Shown in pieces: positions 14,325 through 26,333 of a DNA stretch of 35,571 nt (position 1 is its first letter; the number at the start of each line of letters is the position of its first letter). Origin of the DNA: Vicugna vicugna (lineage: Eukaryota). Both the position numbers and the translations under genes were made by a program. The notes beneath the pieces were generated by a model. That model was given only the letters and a program-made list of their open reading frames with translations. It made no database searches and had not been told where the DNA came from. Location of the stretch: the NCBI GenBank assembly GCA_013265495.1, contig MU058366.1, positions 124,001 through 159,571 on the forward strand, in the 5' to 3' direction.

Positions 14325-14510
14325 AACTTTAACCCAGCCATCATTTCAACATATCATTTCAACATATAAGCAATACACATCATTATAAATGAGATGATTT
14401 TTTTTTTTCTGTGCCAAGTCGTTCCGGTGTGTTTTTCACTTGCAGCACATCTCGATTTGAACTCCACAACGTGGCTCCATGTTAATTGCTCAACAGTCAC
14501 GACTCGCTAC
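14325..14510. mobile_element. hAT-Charlie MITE relic (MER3/MER33-like), approximate
   Basis: tcatttcaacatataagcaata...ccggtgtgtttttcacttgcagcacatctcgatttgaact...gctcaacagtcac. Confidence 0.55.
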
Positions 14511-14639
14511 TGGCGAGATAGATAACCAAAGTTCTCAGCATCTACCAATCCATGAGTAGTTCATTACTTCCCCCATTCTCTTATAATGCTTAATTGGTAC
14601 ATATTTGGATAATTCGAGTTTTCATGAATCGTTATCTTA

Positions 14640-14925
14640 TGGACTTTACCTTTCTCCAACGCTCATCTGATCTGTTAGCAAAGCCTGTCACCTTTACCCT
14701 CAAGAGATCCAGAATCTGATGGCTTTTCACCACTCTAAGTGCTGTTACTGTAGTCCACTCCACCATTATCCCTCTCCTAGATTTCTCCAGTCGCCTCCTG
14801 CAGTTCCCCCTACTTCTGCTTTTTCCAACTATACTGTCTTCTCAACACAGCAGCTGGAAAGAGCCATTAAACTGTAAATCTGGCCATGTCTTTCCTCTGC
14901 TCAAAGCCTTTTAGTGGCTTCCCAC
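14640..14925 (+). mobile_element. L2 LINE fragment (appears to resume at about 15270-15350)
   Basis: atccagaatctga...ctcctaga...tcaacacagcagc...ctgctcaaagccttttagtggcttccca. Confidence 0.65.
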
Positions 14926-14926
14926 C

Positions 14927-15210
14927 TGTAGTGATCCCCATAAGACATGTCATAACCGCTGGACCCTATGAATATGCACGTATTTTTTAAAAGGGTCTTT
15001 GTAGATGTAATAAAGTTAACAATCTAGACACGAGATCATCCTGGATTACTCAGGTGGGCCCCAAATCCAATGACAAGTGTCCTTAGAAGAGGAGGAAGAG
15101 GGCACAGACAGAATAGGAAAAGACCACTTAAAGACAGAGGCAGTGATCTGACTGATTTTAGCCTTTCAGCCTCTAGAACTGTGAGAGAATTAACTGTTGT
15201 TAAAAGCCAC
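14927..15210 (+). mobile_element. MLT1-type (ERVL-MaLR) solo LTR, internally deleted
   Basis: agggtctttgtagatgtaat...gagatcatcctggatta...ggtgggccccaaatccaatgacaagtgtcctta...cagcctctagaactgtgagagaa...aagccac. Confidence 0.75.
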
Positions 15211-15359
15211 CCCTCTCCTGCCTCAGCCCTCATGGCCGTTGAAGACTACTCCACAGGCACAATCCCTCCTCTTGAGGCTTTTGCACCTTCTGTTCCCTCT
15301 GCCTTAAACGTGCCTTGTTCACTGTCTGTCTCTTCACAGGAATGTTAGCCTTATGAAGC

Positions 15360-15949
15360 CTGTAAAGTTTTTTAAATGAATCTGTGTCTTCTGAACCCAG
15401 AAACCCCTCAGACCCTCCTTTGCCAGCAGAAGCAGTTCCTCCTCCCCATCTGCTGATGCTGACTCTGCCTTTCTTGGAGATTTTGTAATGACATCACCTG
15501 GTCAGTTACCAAGCAAGGAGAGGCCAATTCTCCTTATTACCTACTCCTCCCATCCTGCATTGTCTCCAGTCCCAGGACTGGGGGAGGTGGATGCTGGAAT
15601 GGCATTGCCATGTGCATCCCGCTGGCTCACCCCATAACTACATGTCCTGAGAGGACTAAAAGGACATTCCTTTCACCAAAATGTGGAGACATACTTGGGT
15701 GAATGCTCTGGAAAACTACTCTGGGAAAGGAGGTGGGCGGTGTTGCCATGGAAACGGGCTTGCGCTCTCATGAGGTCCTAGAGCAGCAGAATCTAAGTGG
15801 TGTCACTGAGTCTCATACAGACAGGATGCAGATCACAGCTGGCAGCAGGGCTGGCAGCTGGAACCAGAATGCTTTCTCCCCACGGATCCTCGCTGGTGGC
15901 TAATCGATCATAGATAGTATTCCAGTAGTAGACATGCTCTGTATAACCC
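15360..15949 (+). mobile_element. Old ERVL internal (gag-region) relic, interrupted by the ERV1 provirus
   Basis: Resembles ERVL-int gag and continues with the same character after the TSD at 23484. Confidence 0.55.
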
Positions 15950-16429
15950 TGTCAACTGAAATAAATGCACAACCTAGAAGTTAAGAGTTATGTTTTATTC
16001 AGTGGACAATTCTGAGGACTCAGCCCGGGATGACAGCCCCTCAGATGGCTCGGAGGGACTGCTCCGAAGAGGTAGGGGAGGAGCCAGGATACATAGGAAC
16101 TTTACAACAAAGACCAGGTAGTTGGAACAATGGAAAATTACTTGTTATCTAAAGAAAACCAGGCATCTCAAGTTAAAGAATTTAGCGCTTTTCTATGTAT
16201 GGGAGGAAGCAAACATGTGGGCTCATTGAATTCTTTCCTTTGACAAGCACCTAGCAGGGCCAGTATCCTGTCCTTTCTTATTCTGAGTCCCCTCAGAGTG
16301 CACCATTGTGAGTGGCTGCAGAGGCCTGGCTGCAGGCTGGTCTCCACTGGGGGGTGGCGGCAGCCACTGATGACTTGATGACTTCAGCACTCTGTTTACC
16401 GATATGGTTTGCAGTATTTTTCGTTCACA
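15950..16429 (-). repeat. 3' LTR of the provirus (480 bp)
   Basis: Preceded on the minus strand by purine tract AAGGGGGAGAG (16433-16443); AATAAA at 15999-15994. Confidence 0.93.
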
Positions 16430-16747
16430 GTGCTCTCCCCCTTGGTCCTAAATTCGACCAATATTTTGGGAGACATTTCATGACCAATTTTGTCCCACGA
16501 TACTAGGAAGGCTCATTCCTAGATCAGGCGGAAGATTCTGTCGACATGTCACTCAAAAGTGTTAACAGGTATCAAGCCCTGTTGATACTCAAAAATTCTC
16601 TGGACCACCTGTCTTACTAGTCTGTCATGATCCAGGAGAATATTCCCTCTTGTTGCTTCTTCCCATATCTAGAGTTGCACTGCTACTACAACCATTGGTC
16701 TCACATAGAAGTACGTATCTGATCTACTGTTTCAAGTTGCCTGCTCA

Positions 16748-17400
16748 TTATTTTATCAGACGCTTAGTCACACAATTGGTAATGCAAGAAACAATTTTGT
16801 AAAACAGGCAAAATATAAATAATATAGTTAGCAGTATTGGTGAGGTCAAAAGTAAGAATTTAAGCCAAAAACTTCCATTAGGTGCCCCTCAGTGTATCCC
16901 CAGGTCATCTGACTCTGTTCTGTACTGATTCTTATCTTTAAGGAAGACGTTATATATGCATTGTTCATAAGACTCCCAGCCAAATTTCCTAGTGTTACAT
17001 TGGTTATCTTTAATATAGTTTGACTTTTTTTCCAACTTAAGACAGCCTTTAAACGTAAATGTCCATACCCTGGTGTTAACCATGTAAGTCCTTTCCATAA
17101 TTGAGGGAGGTTATATCCTTTGGCTGAAATCTTGCTTGTTGCCTTGATTGAGCTTGAGTGATCTTATAAGGAAATTCATATTCATGGTCAGGCTCAGAGC
17201 AGGTATTATTAATTGGCCAGGTGAGGTCTCCCACCTTGTAATGTCAATAGTGGCCTAAATAGAACTATAATTTCTTTTTAGAATAAATTTTCTGAGGGCT
17301 ATCTAGTTAGAGCCTTGGAGTAGGGAAACCCACCAAGATAACACAGAAGTACTAGATATGGGTAATTTACCATAAATCTAACAATTGGATTAGTTCATAA
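16748..17400 (-). pseudogene. env relic (SU N-terminal CWxC region and TM anchor)
   Basis: N*SNC*IYGKLPISSTSVLSWWVSLLQGSN* near 17395-17305; IH*GAPNGSFWLKFLLLTSPILLTILFIFCLFYKIVSCITNCVTKRLIK* at 16897-16748. Confidence 0.7.
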
Positions 17401-17587
17401 GCAAAGGTGTGAGCAATTATCAAAGTCACTGGTAAACAGGCCTGGTCTGGTGTCTCGGGTCAGCTGTCTACCTCAGATGTCATCTTCCTCTCATCCTGGC
17501 CTGGTAGCTTCTTCTCCATTTGAGCATTGTTTTTAGGTGAGCAGTGCTCTATAGGCCAGTGCACTGCAGGGGCACTTTCGGACTGAA

Positions 17588-17730
17588 AACTAATCCAAAA
17601 GTCAGCTTAATTCAGCTTTGCTGTGTATGGTCTAGTTAAGAGTACCTGGTAAAGGGTCCTTCCATTCAGATTGGAGATAATTCTTTTAGTCATGCCTGTT
17701 CCACTGTGTATAACCCCCTGGTTGCAGGTG
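17588..17730 (-). pseudogene. pol integrase C-terminal GPY/F relic
   Basis: HLQPG...LQSEWKDP/YQVLLTRPYTAKLN*ADFWIS, resembling the WKGPYxVLLTTPTAVK...WIH motif; frameshifted. Confidence 0.7.
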
Positions 17731-20700
17731 ATGGGGCCTCGGTCCTTCACCCAAGGAAAGATTACTGAGCTTCAGAAACAAACCTAGAGTGTCCTGTTAA
17801 TAATTCAGTTAAACTTTGCAGCAATGTAACATAACAGCAAGGAATGATCTGGTGAGTCTTAGTAAATACAGACCTCCAGCTAAATCTGGGATGCCTCAGA
17901 GGGCCTGAAACATCCCAAAGAGAGATTTAGAATTAGAATTTAATATCCACTGAAATTTAGTCTTTTTCTGTCTAAGGTTACCCTCATTTTATCAAATATA
18001 GCCAAATGAAGATTAATTTGTCTGCAATTTAAGTCTGATTATTTGATCATAGAGGCTCTTTTAAATTGGCTGTGCTGGAACTTTTTATAAGGAGTCTCAA
18101 GCTGAAATTTTAACAAGGTCTCCTAAGGCCAGGAAAGCCACGTTAAGGGCTTATCATAGATTTTTGCCTTACAGATTTAGGTGAATTCTTTTCTCTTTAA
18201 GGCCCTCAAAATACCTTGAGATTCCTACACCTGTTAGGAGGTGATTTCCCTAATTTATCTGATAGAGCCACTGGGGACCTAAGAGTTTCCAGTCTCTGCA
18301 GGGATCAGATAGAGAGAAAAGATAACTGTTTCAAGTCTGCTTACATAGGTATAATTTATCAAATTTCTGTGAGTCATAATCAACATAAGGAGAAGGGTTT
18401 CTTTATATCTGGGACACACAGATTAAAAGCCAGTAATATTTCAGACAAAATAAAAAATTATAACCATATTCATCAATTTACTCAGTCCCATGTAACTAAT
18501 CCTTTTTTGTTGTTGTTGTTAAGTTTTATGAAATCAAAGGCTACATCAGACTTTTAAAATTTCTTACCCAGTTCAGTTCAGCGCTATAATCTGAAACTTA
18601 TCAGAAAATAGTAAATCTCCTTGAAGAGAAAGCATTATGCAAAGGCATCAGAATAAAACGATAACTGTCTATAAATGACAAAAGCCTTAAAGCATGGTTA
18701 GTTACACTGTAATCGATAAAGAAATCTGGTTACAATAACCAGAATTATGACTGGTAACATTTCAGACATACCAGATTTTTAGGGAATTTATATAATTTCT
18801 AGAATATCTATGTTAATGACATTTTTCATACAATATAACCTAAGAAGATTTATTATTCATTTGGCAATACTTCCCTAGTGATTTAACATACCAAATGAAA
18901 CTTATTAGTTTAAAATCTCTCTTTGGGATGTTTCAGGCCCTCTGAAGCATCCCAGATTTAGCTGGAGATCAAAAGAATTCTGATTAAAATTTGATATTCT
19001 GGAAGCTTGTTAAAAATTTTTCAAAATACTTGGTCAGATAAAAGCGTAGATCATTGTGGAACAGTACTCATTCATTAACAAGAAAATATTTCAAAGATAA
19101 ATGCACAACAGATCACTTAAGGGGTAAAAGAAACTTTACAATCTGTTACTAAAGGTGGATTTAACATTTTAAGGAAACTTTGTCCTCTTAACAGAGAGAA
19201 AATCAAATATAGCCTTGTACTGGCTTACCTCTAAGATTCATTTACTTCAACTAAATTTTTTCTAAACTTAGCCAACCCCGACCATGTACAAACTCTTTCC
19301 TCAGGGTTCCTCTTTCACAAACCTTCCACCACTTTCTGTACCTTCCACCACTTTCTGTACCCATATTATTTTGTCCCTTATTTTCTCTTCAATTCAGAAG
19401 TAACCAGACTCAGGATGAAGTCACTATTTTTCCATTAACAAAATATAATTCCATTCCTCATGCCTTCTTTTATACGCTCGTCTTACTTTCCTAGCATACT
19501 GAGATGTTTCCCTTAATCGTAGAAAATATTTCAGAGTGGGGCCAACCATTTATTAATATTTCTAAACACCTTTAGTTTCTCTGTAAGAGGAAGTCAATGT
19601 TCAGGAATTAATGTTTCAATCTTATTTAATCTGAAAATGGCATAGCCACTTAATAAATTCCCGTCATTTAAGTTAATTTAGCACAACTCTAGAATTTTAA
19701 GATACCAAATATTTACAGAGATTATCTTAAACATACATTTCTAAAAATATACTTATTTTAAAAATATTTACCCAAAACCTCTTATCTCATTTGTGTTTAC
19801 TTTACTTATAAGAATTTTATCACATCAAATTACTATTATTTTTCTTTTGATAAATCTGCAACAGATATAACAAGATCTTATCTGACTTTCATTAAACCTA
19901 GGTATAGTAAAAGTATTAATATCGATGACTCTAAAGATGTCTATATTAATTAGAACAAACTTAAACTAAACTTAATACCAGGTATTAACTTAATATTGAA
20001 TATTTTCCAGTTCACGTGAACCTGAAAGTCAATTTGGCCAGTTTTTATTTTAGAAATATTTAACTTGTAAGCGCTTATTTTAAGTCAATTAAAGCTCTTT
20101 TATAAATTTAATTTTGATATATTTTAGCAGTAGAGACATCTCACATCTATAATGTGTACACAGACTTATAAACAGACAAAACTAGAGATCTCATAGCTTC
20201 ACTTTAAAACTTAGTTGAGAGTTAGGGGTTACAATATAAATTTACTGCTTGTAAATAACAGTTGGGATTTGAACAAGCAAATGCCAACTGTTTGCTTACT
20301 ATTTATGGAAAAGACTTTCAAGATTTGTATTTATCCTTGACAAAGTCTGAAGGACCCATCAGAGTTCTGAGTTCTAAAATGCCAAAAATTTCGTTGGCCT
20401 TAAGTTTTACCTCATTGAGCTATTTAGGCTCAGTCTCAGGTCATTGTTTGCTGTATTTACATTTTTGATCTGCAAGACAAAGACAGTTGCTTCCAATTCC
20501 AGTTCCCCAAATGACTGGTCTGTTACGCAGGTCCAATGGCAATGGCAATTTCCCCTCCAAACAAAGAATTCCATGTTTTAAAACTTTAGCGTTTACTTTA
20601 TTGTGTCTTCAAAGGCTTGCATGAAGCATTTAGTAAGATCCCTCTTCCTTGAGTTCCAAGTTAAACCCAGGGTAAATCTCATTATTTTTATTAGCCCCTG

Positions 20701-21699
20701 AATATTAGTTTTTAGTTTTACTTTGCATTGTATGGCTCAGGTAACTGTACTGGTTTCCTTTAGCATGTTTAATATTTCCTGAGGAGCACATTTATGTGCC
20801 CAGTCTTATAATACCAAGCAAGAGAAGCGTTCCCCATCGAAACATAGCTGTCCCACAAGAAAACTAAGCAAAACAGGTTTACATAAAGTCCACTTAAATA
20901 TAGCAATTTTTATAAAGTTTTATCTCAATATTATAACTCATACCTTTAATGTTAGTTTTTATTAAGTTTACTCAATAAGTCTCATTTTTAGAAGGAATCT
21001 TCAAAGCCTTTTTCTTTTATCTCTTGTCCATTTTATCTAATTTTATATGAAAGTCTCTGGGATCCCCAGAAGAGTTTGAGCCAAAGGACTTAGGCCCTTG
21101 TCAATCTTTAAATTTGATTAATCAATCTGTTGCCCCAATTGTTGATCAAGTATCTCAGTGTATATTTTTTCCAGCCCTATAATTATATATTTTTTAAACT
21201 AGGGTAAATAGAATGAACTTGTTTGAACGTTAATGCTGGGGACCAGTAGGTGGCCCCTTTGGCCTTTTTAATCTTACATAGTTTCGTATCAAAACCTTGT
21301 ATCTTAATCCATAAATGTCCATTTTATTTCTCCCATTTTAAAATAACCATCTGAAAAATATTTATCCATTTGGGGTAAGCCCCTTATCTTTTTTCCCTTG
21401 TTAAGAAAAAAATGTTTTAAACATTTTCTACACCCCTTTTTCCAGTTACTCAACCTAATTAACACGAATTATTCTGATGTCTTTATTAGCACCTCTCAAA
21501 CCCACTGAGGGGAAAGGGAAAGCACAAGTGTGGCCTTCCAGACCGGTTTTTGTCGTTGTTGTTGTTGTTGTCGTTGTTGTTTTAAACTAAGGGAGTTCTT
21601 AGGTTACCCATTAGATATATATTTTTCCACCTTTAAATTTGACTGGTTCTTATAGGTACCAATAAAACAGCTGTTTATAATGAGAGCTCTCTCAAGTTT

Positions 21700-21830
21700 T
21701 ACCAATTAGAAGTTTCTCCAATTTAAAGGATCCATCATCTGGCCATCAATGAAATATATTAGTAATGATTTTAAACCAATAAGACAGAGAGACTTCCCCA
21801 CAAGAGAGTGGGCGGTGCTGCCTAAAATAA
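21700..21830 (-). pseudogene. gag matrix relic
   Basis: YWFKIIT...*WPDDGSFKLEKL, resembling the gamma-like MA WPxxGSF motif. Confidence 0.5.
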
Positions 21831-22978
21831 GATGCAAAAGTTTACTCCCCCCAAAAGTAAAGGCCTTTGTGGTCCAGGCTGATGCAACAAAAGTTAAGAT
21901 GGTGAAATGCCTGAGAATTGGTGCTATCAAAGGAGTGCTCAGAACCCCAATCTATTTGCTTGGCTGCCATGTGTACACCATACTTGTACCTTTTGGATGG
22001 CAGAGACCAAGTATTTTTTTAAAACGCACACATAAACACATACACATAAAACGCCCAGAGAAAGACAAAACATTTACATTTCAAGGGCACAGGAAGAGAA
22101 ATGCAAGTTCCTCCTAAAAGGGCTTTTGTTTTTGTAAGGTCAGAATTCTGAAAAAAAGGTTGTTATCAGGCCAGCATTTTTTTTTTTAAACTTAACTGCG
22201 CACACAATAAAAGAGCCGTGGCTTAATTATTTTCAGGGTAAGATTTTCTTTAATTCATAATTAAGTTGTAAGGACATAAATCTGGCTAGGGTATTAATTG
22301 GAGGCTGGCAATCTGTGTTCCTTTTTCTTTTGTTCCGGAAGTTATATTCCCCATTTAAGGTCCATTTGTCAGAATGAAATCGCTAACGGCTTTCCCTGTC
22401 GGGCTTTCCCTACAGGGACAGCTGCACGGCATGAGGTCTTCGCCTCCACCGCTCCTGCAAGTCTCTCAGTCACCTTAGAAAGTCATTGCCAGCCAGGAGG
22501 GTCTCGTCTTTGGAGCCAAATGGCTCTCACAAGATTTCACTTTTATCTGGACAAACTCTACTAAGGTAGCCAATTCAAGGAAAGATGACAGGCCAGTTGT
22601 CCCCCTTAATTACCCAGTCCAACACTACTTACTGTTCTCTTAATTGAACAAAGTCTTCCCAATCTTTCAACTGAGGATAAAACCACTCAGTGTCTAAAGT
22701 GAGCAAAAATCTCCCCAGTGGCTTTCACTGAGGATAACCCAGGTCCCTCTTCTTGAAACTAAAAGCTTCAAGGATAACCTACTCCTCCAGAGAGTAGTGT
22801 AACAGCACTGAATAAAACTCAGGGTCATCGACCAATAACGGCAGATCCTAGAACCAGGAGAGACTCACCCAAATTCGTCTGGACTCTCCGAGGAGGCGGG
22901 TGGGCACAAAGAGCCTCTGCTCATACCGAGGCTCTGGATCCTCGGAGAGTTCATGTGAAGGAGCAGAGTCTGCTCTGG

Positions 22979-22999
22979 GTCCCTTTGTAGTGGTTGCCA
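22979..22999 (-). other. Primer binding site, degenerate tRNA-Arg type
   Basis: TGGCAACCAC[TAC]AAAGGGAC vs tRNA-Arg PBS TGGCGACCACGAAGGGAC (two CpG transitions + 3-nt insertion), 4 nt after the 5' LTR. Confidence 0.75.
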
Positions 23000-23003
23000 A
23001 AAC

Positions 23004-23479
23004 TGTCGACTGAAGTAAATGCACAACCTAAAAGTTGAGAGTTATGGTTTATTCGGTGGACAATTCTGACGATGACAGCCCCTCAGATGGCACTGAGGGA
23101 CTGCTCCAAAGGGGTAGCGGAGGAGCTAGGATGTATAGGAACTTTACAACAAAGACCAGGTAGTTGGAACAATGGAAGATTACTTGTTATCTAAAGAAAA
23201 CCAGGCGTCTCAAGTTAAAGAATTTAGCGCTTTTCTATGTATGGGAGGAAGCAAACATTTGGGCTCACTGAATTCTTTCCTTTGACAAGCACCTAGCTGG
23301 CTAGGGCCAGTATCCTGTCCTTTCTTATTCTGAGTCCCCTCAGGGTGCACCATTGTGAGTGGCTGCAGAGGCCCGGCTGCAGGCTGGTCTCCACTGGGGG
23401 GATGGCGGCAGCCGCTTATGACTTGATGGCTTCAGCACTCTTTGTGTACTGATACGGTTCGCAGTACTTTTCGTCCACA
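23004..23479 (-). repeat. 5' LTR of the provirus (476 bp)
   Basis: Roughly 93% identical by eye to 15950-16429; AATAAA at 23053-23048; followed by the PBS. Confidence 0.93.
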
Positions 23480-23483
23480 ACCC

Positions 23484-24470
23484 CAACAACAAAGACTCTA
23501 GGTCTGGTGAATGGCAGCCTGCCTTGAATCACCACAATGGAAAATCATGGCCCCTCATCTAATTCCCAGACCCAGTCCATTCACAGACTCAGAGCCCTCA
23601 AGTGAAGGTGAGGCCAGGTCCACGGAACACTACTTTCCCCTGATACCACAGAATGCCACTGTGGCCCACTGGTCGGAAATGAAGTGTTAGTCTGTATCTC
23701 TCTCCCTGTACTCGCCTCCACCCTATGGCTCTTTCTCCAGTTCCTGATTGCCTAATTGGAATAAATACAATGGCAGCTGGAAAAATTCCCACAGGGGCTT
23801 CCTGACTAAAGGACTGAGGACCATTAAAAAAAGAATGGTCAAAAGGAAGCCCCAGGCACTGTCCCTTCAATTATCTGGCACATTATCATAATGAAGTCCC
23901 AGGGGACTGACTTGATCATCTCATTGTCCCCCAAGACATCATGCTGCTCAACTACTTGAATGACACCGGGCTGATGCGACCTGCTGCACAGGAAACAGCA
24001 AATATTTCATCACGGAGTGAGAAATAAGCCCCCTGAGAATTCAGGGGCCCAAGACCTTCCGGAAGTTTCTGGGCACCAGTGGACTGAGGCATATTGAGAT
24101 GGTCCCCTCCAAAGAGAAAAACAAGTTGCTGTACCTCAAACCCACTGTCCCTAGGAAAGAAGTACAATGCTTGGTGGGCCTCTTTCTAGAGGTGGCACAC
24201 CCCGTTCAGCTGCTACACCGAGGCTTTTCCAAGTCTTGATAAGAGATTCACAGCTGAGGCCTATGGAATCTGGAATAAGACCTATACACACACACACACA
24301 CACTAATTTGCTGGAAGAAAAAGCCCCTGACTTGCTTTTTAGTCCTTGATTGAAACTGAGTGAATGTGTGATACAAGTGATCTTAAGACCTGAACTACAC
24401 ATGACGAACTGGGGATTGTTTGACCAACCAAGTCTTGAAGTCAGGCGTGAGCAGCAACACTCCACCAGCA
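23484..24470 (+). mobile_element. ERVL internal relic: gag-pro, RT and RNase H fragments
   Basis: PQDIMLLNYLNDTGLM (degenerate YIDD), IQGP..KFLG..QW, VPSKEKNKLLYLKPTVPRKEVQCLVGLF, QVILRPELHMTNWGLFDQPS. Confidence 0.8.
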
Positions 24471-24474
24471 AGCA

Positions 24475-24865
24475 CAGCGGTGTGGCTGCTGGGGAAGACC
24501 ATCTGGCAGTTCCTCAAAAGATGAAATATACAGTTGCCATATGACTCAGCAATTCCACACCTAAGTGTATATGCCCCAAAGAATTGAGAATAGGTGTTGA
24601 AACAGATGCTTGTACTTGTATATTCGCAGCAGCATCATTCACAATAGCCAAAAGGTGGAAACAACTCCATTGTCCCTCTACAGATGAGTAGATAAACAGA
24701 AGTGGCCTATCCAGAGAGTGGAATATTACTCAGTCATGAAAAGGAATGGGCACCAATACCTGCTATAACCTGGATGAACCTCAAAATCATCGTGCAAAAG
24801 GAAACAAGCCAGACACACAGGGACAGAGGATCTATGATTCCACTCACATGAAGTAGCCAGAATAC
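24475..24865 (+). mobile_element. L1M (L1MB-like) 3' fragment
   Basis: ggcagttcctcaaaa...ccatatgactcagcaattccac...cacaatagccaaaaggtggaaacaac...ggatgaacctcaaaa. Confidence 0.85.
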
Positions 24866-25029
24866 GTTTTCTAGCAAGACAACAGGTAAGTAAATGACGA
24901 AGCTTCTGGAAGATTATAGCTCCAGCCATCTCATCTCTTCCATCCATCCTCATCTCAGCTGAAGCCGCAGACATGATGGGGCAGAGAGAAGAATCCCCAC
25001 TGTGCCCCGTCCACTATTTTTCCTTCTGT

Positions 25030-25475
25030 CAAAATATAATCAATGTGTCGATTTCTGGTGTATAGCATAATAGTTCAGTCATACATGAACATAAATATAT
25101 TTTTTCATATTCCTTTTCATTATAGGTTACTACAAGATATTGAATATATTTCCCTGTGCTGTGCAGTATAAACTTGTTTATTTATTTTACGTATACTAGT
25201 TAGTATCTGCAAATCTCAAGCTCCCAATTTATCCCTTCCCACCCCTTTCCCCCGCTGGTAACCACATGTTTGTTCTCTATGTCTGTGAGTTGTTTCTATG
25301 TTGTAAATAAGTTCATTTGTCTTTTTTTTATATTCCACATATGATTGATATCATATGGTATTTTTCTTTCTCTTTCTGGCTTACTTCACTTAGAATGACA
25401 ATCTCCAGGTCCATACATGTTGCTGCAAACGGCATTATTTTATTTTTTTATGACTCAGTAGTACTCCATTGTATA
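25030..25475 (-). mobile_element. Lineage-specific L1 3' end (5'-truncated)
   Basis: tataggttactacaagatattgaatata...ctggcttacttcacttagaatgacaatctccaggtccat. Confidence 0.85.
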
Positions 25476-25659
25476 ACTAACCTGCATTTTAAAAGTTTCT
25501 GATGATGAAGCTAATTCCTGACATTGTTCCCTAAGTATGTGATATTTCTTCTGCCTTATACATATAGTATAGTAGGAAGTTGGAGTTCGGGTGTTTCCAC
25601 TTGGGTCTTTCCCCCATGACTGCCTCATTCCATGATTCAGGAAACTGACATGGGGATTC

Positions 25660-26299
25660 TGCCAATTTTGCATATTTTAGCCATTCTGATAGGTATGCTG
25701 TGTTCTCTCATTGGAGTGGTAACAGGCATTGCCCTAGTGGCTAGTGATTTTGAACATATTCCCATATGCTTATTTACCATTTGTACATCCTCTTCAGTGA
25801 AATATCTCTTCCTATCTTTTATCTATTTTCTAACTGGATTATTAGTGAGTTTTGTTTGTTTGTTTTGTTTTTTACTATTGAGTTTTGAGAGTTCTTTACA
25901 TATTCCTGATATGAGTCCTTTGATAGATATGTGGTTGGCAAACAGTTTCTCCCAGTCTGTAGCTTGTCTTTTTATACTTTAAACATGGTATTTTCTAGAC
26001 CTAAAGTTTTACTTTTGATGAAGTCCAATTTATCGATTTTTTTTTCTTTTATGGATTGTGCTTTTGGTGTCATGTCTAAGAACTCAGCATCGGGTCCAAG
26101 GTCTCAAATATTTTCTTCTATGTTGTCTTCTACAAGTTACATGTATGGTCAACTTTGAGTTAATTTTTGTATGAGTTGTGAGGTTGTGAGGTTTTGGTTA
26201 AAGGGTTTTGTTTTATTTTGTTTTGTTTTTGGCCAATGGATGTCCAGTTGCTCCAGCACTATTTCTAGAAAAGACTATGCTTCCTCCACTGAATTGCTT

Positions 26300-26333
<34 letters not shown>

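Larger units (their letters stand above)
15950..23479 (-). mobile_element. Full-length non-autonomous ERV1 (gamma-like) provirus, about 7.5 kb, two LTRs, 4-bp TSD ACCC
   Basis: Direct LTR repeats with TG...CA ends; TSD accc at 15946-15949 and 23480-23483; PBS and PPT on the minus strand; gag, integrase and env relics in order; no long ORF. Confidence 0.93.

Noticed and set aside
15950..23479. 480-bp direct repeat as a segmental duplication or assembly artefact
   Set aside because: TG...CA ends, TSD, PBS, PPT and CpG-biased divergence identify the copies as LTRs
25632..26158. Hydrophobic ORFs resembling membrane proteins
   Set aside because: Antisense translation of T-rich L1 sequence
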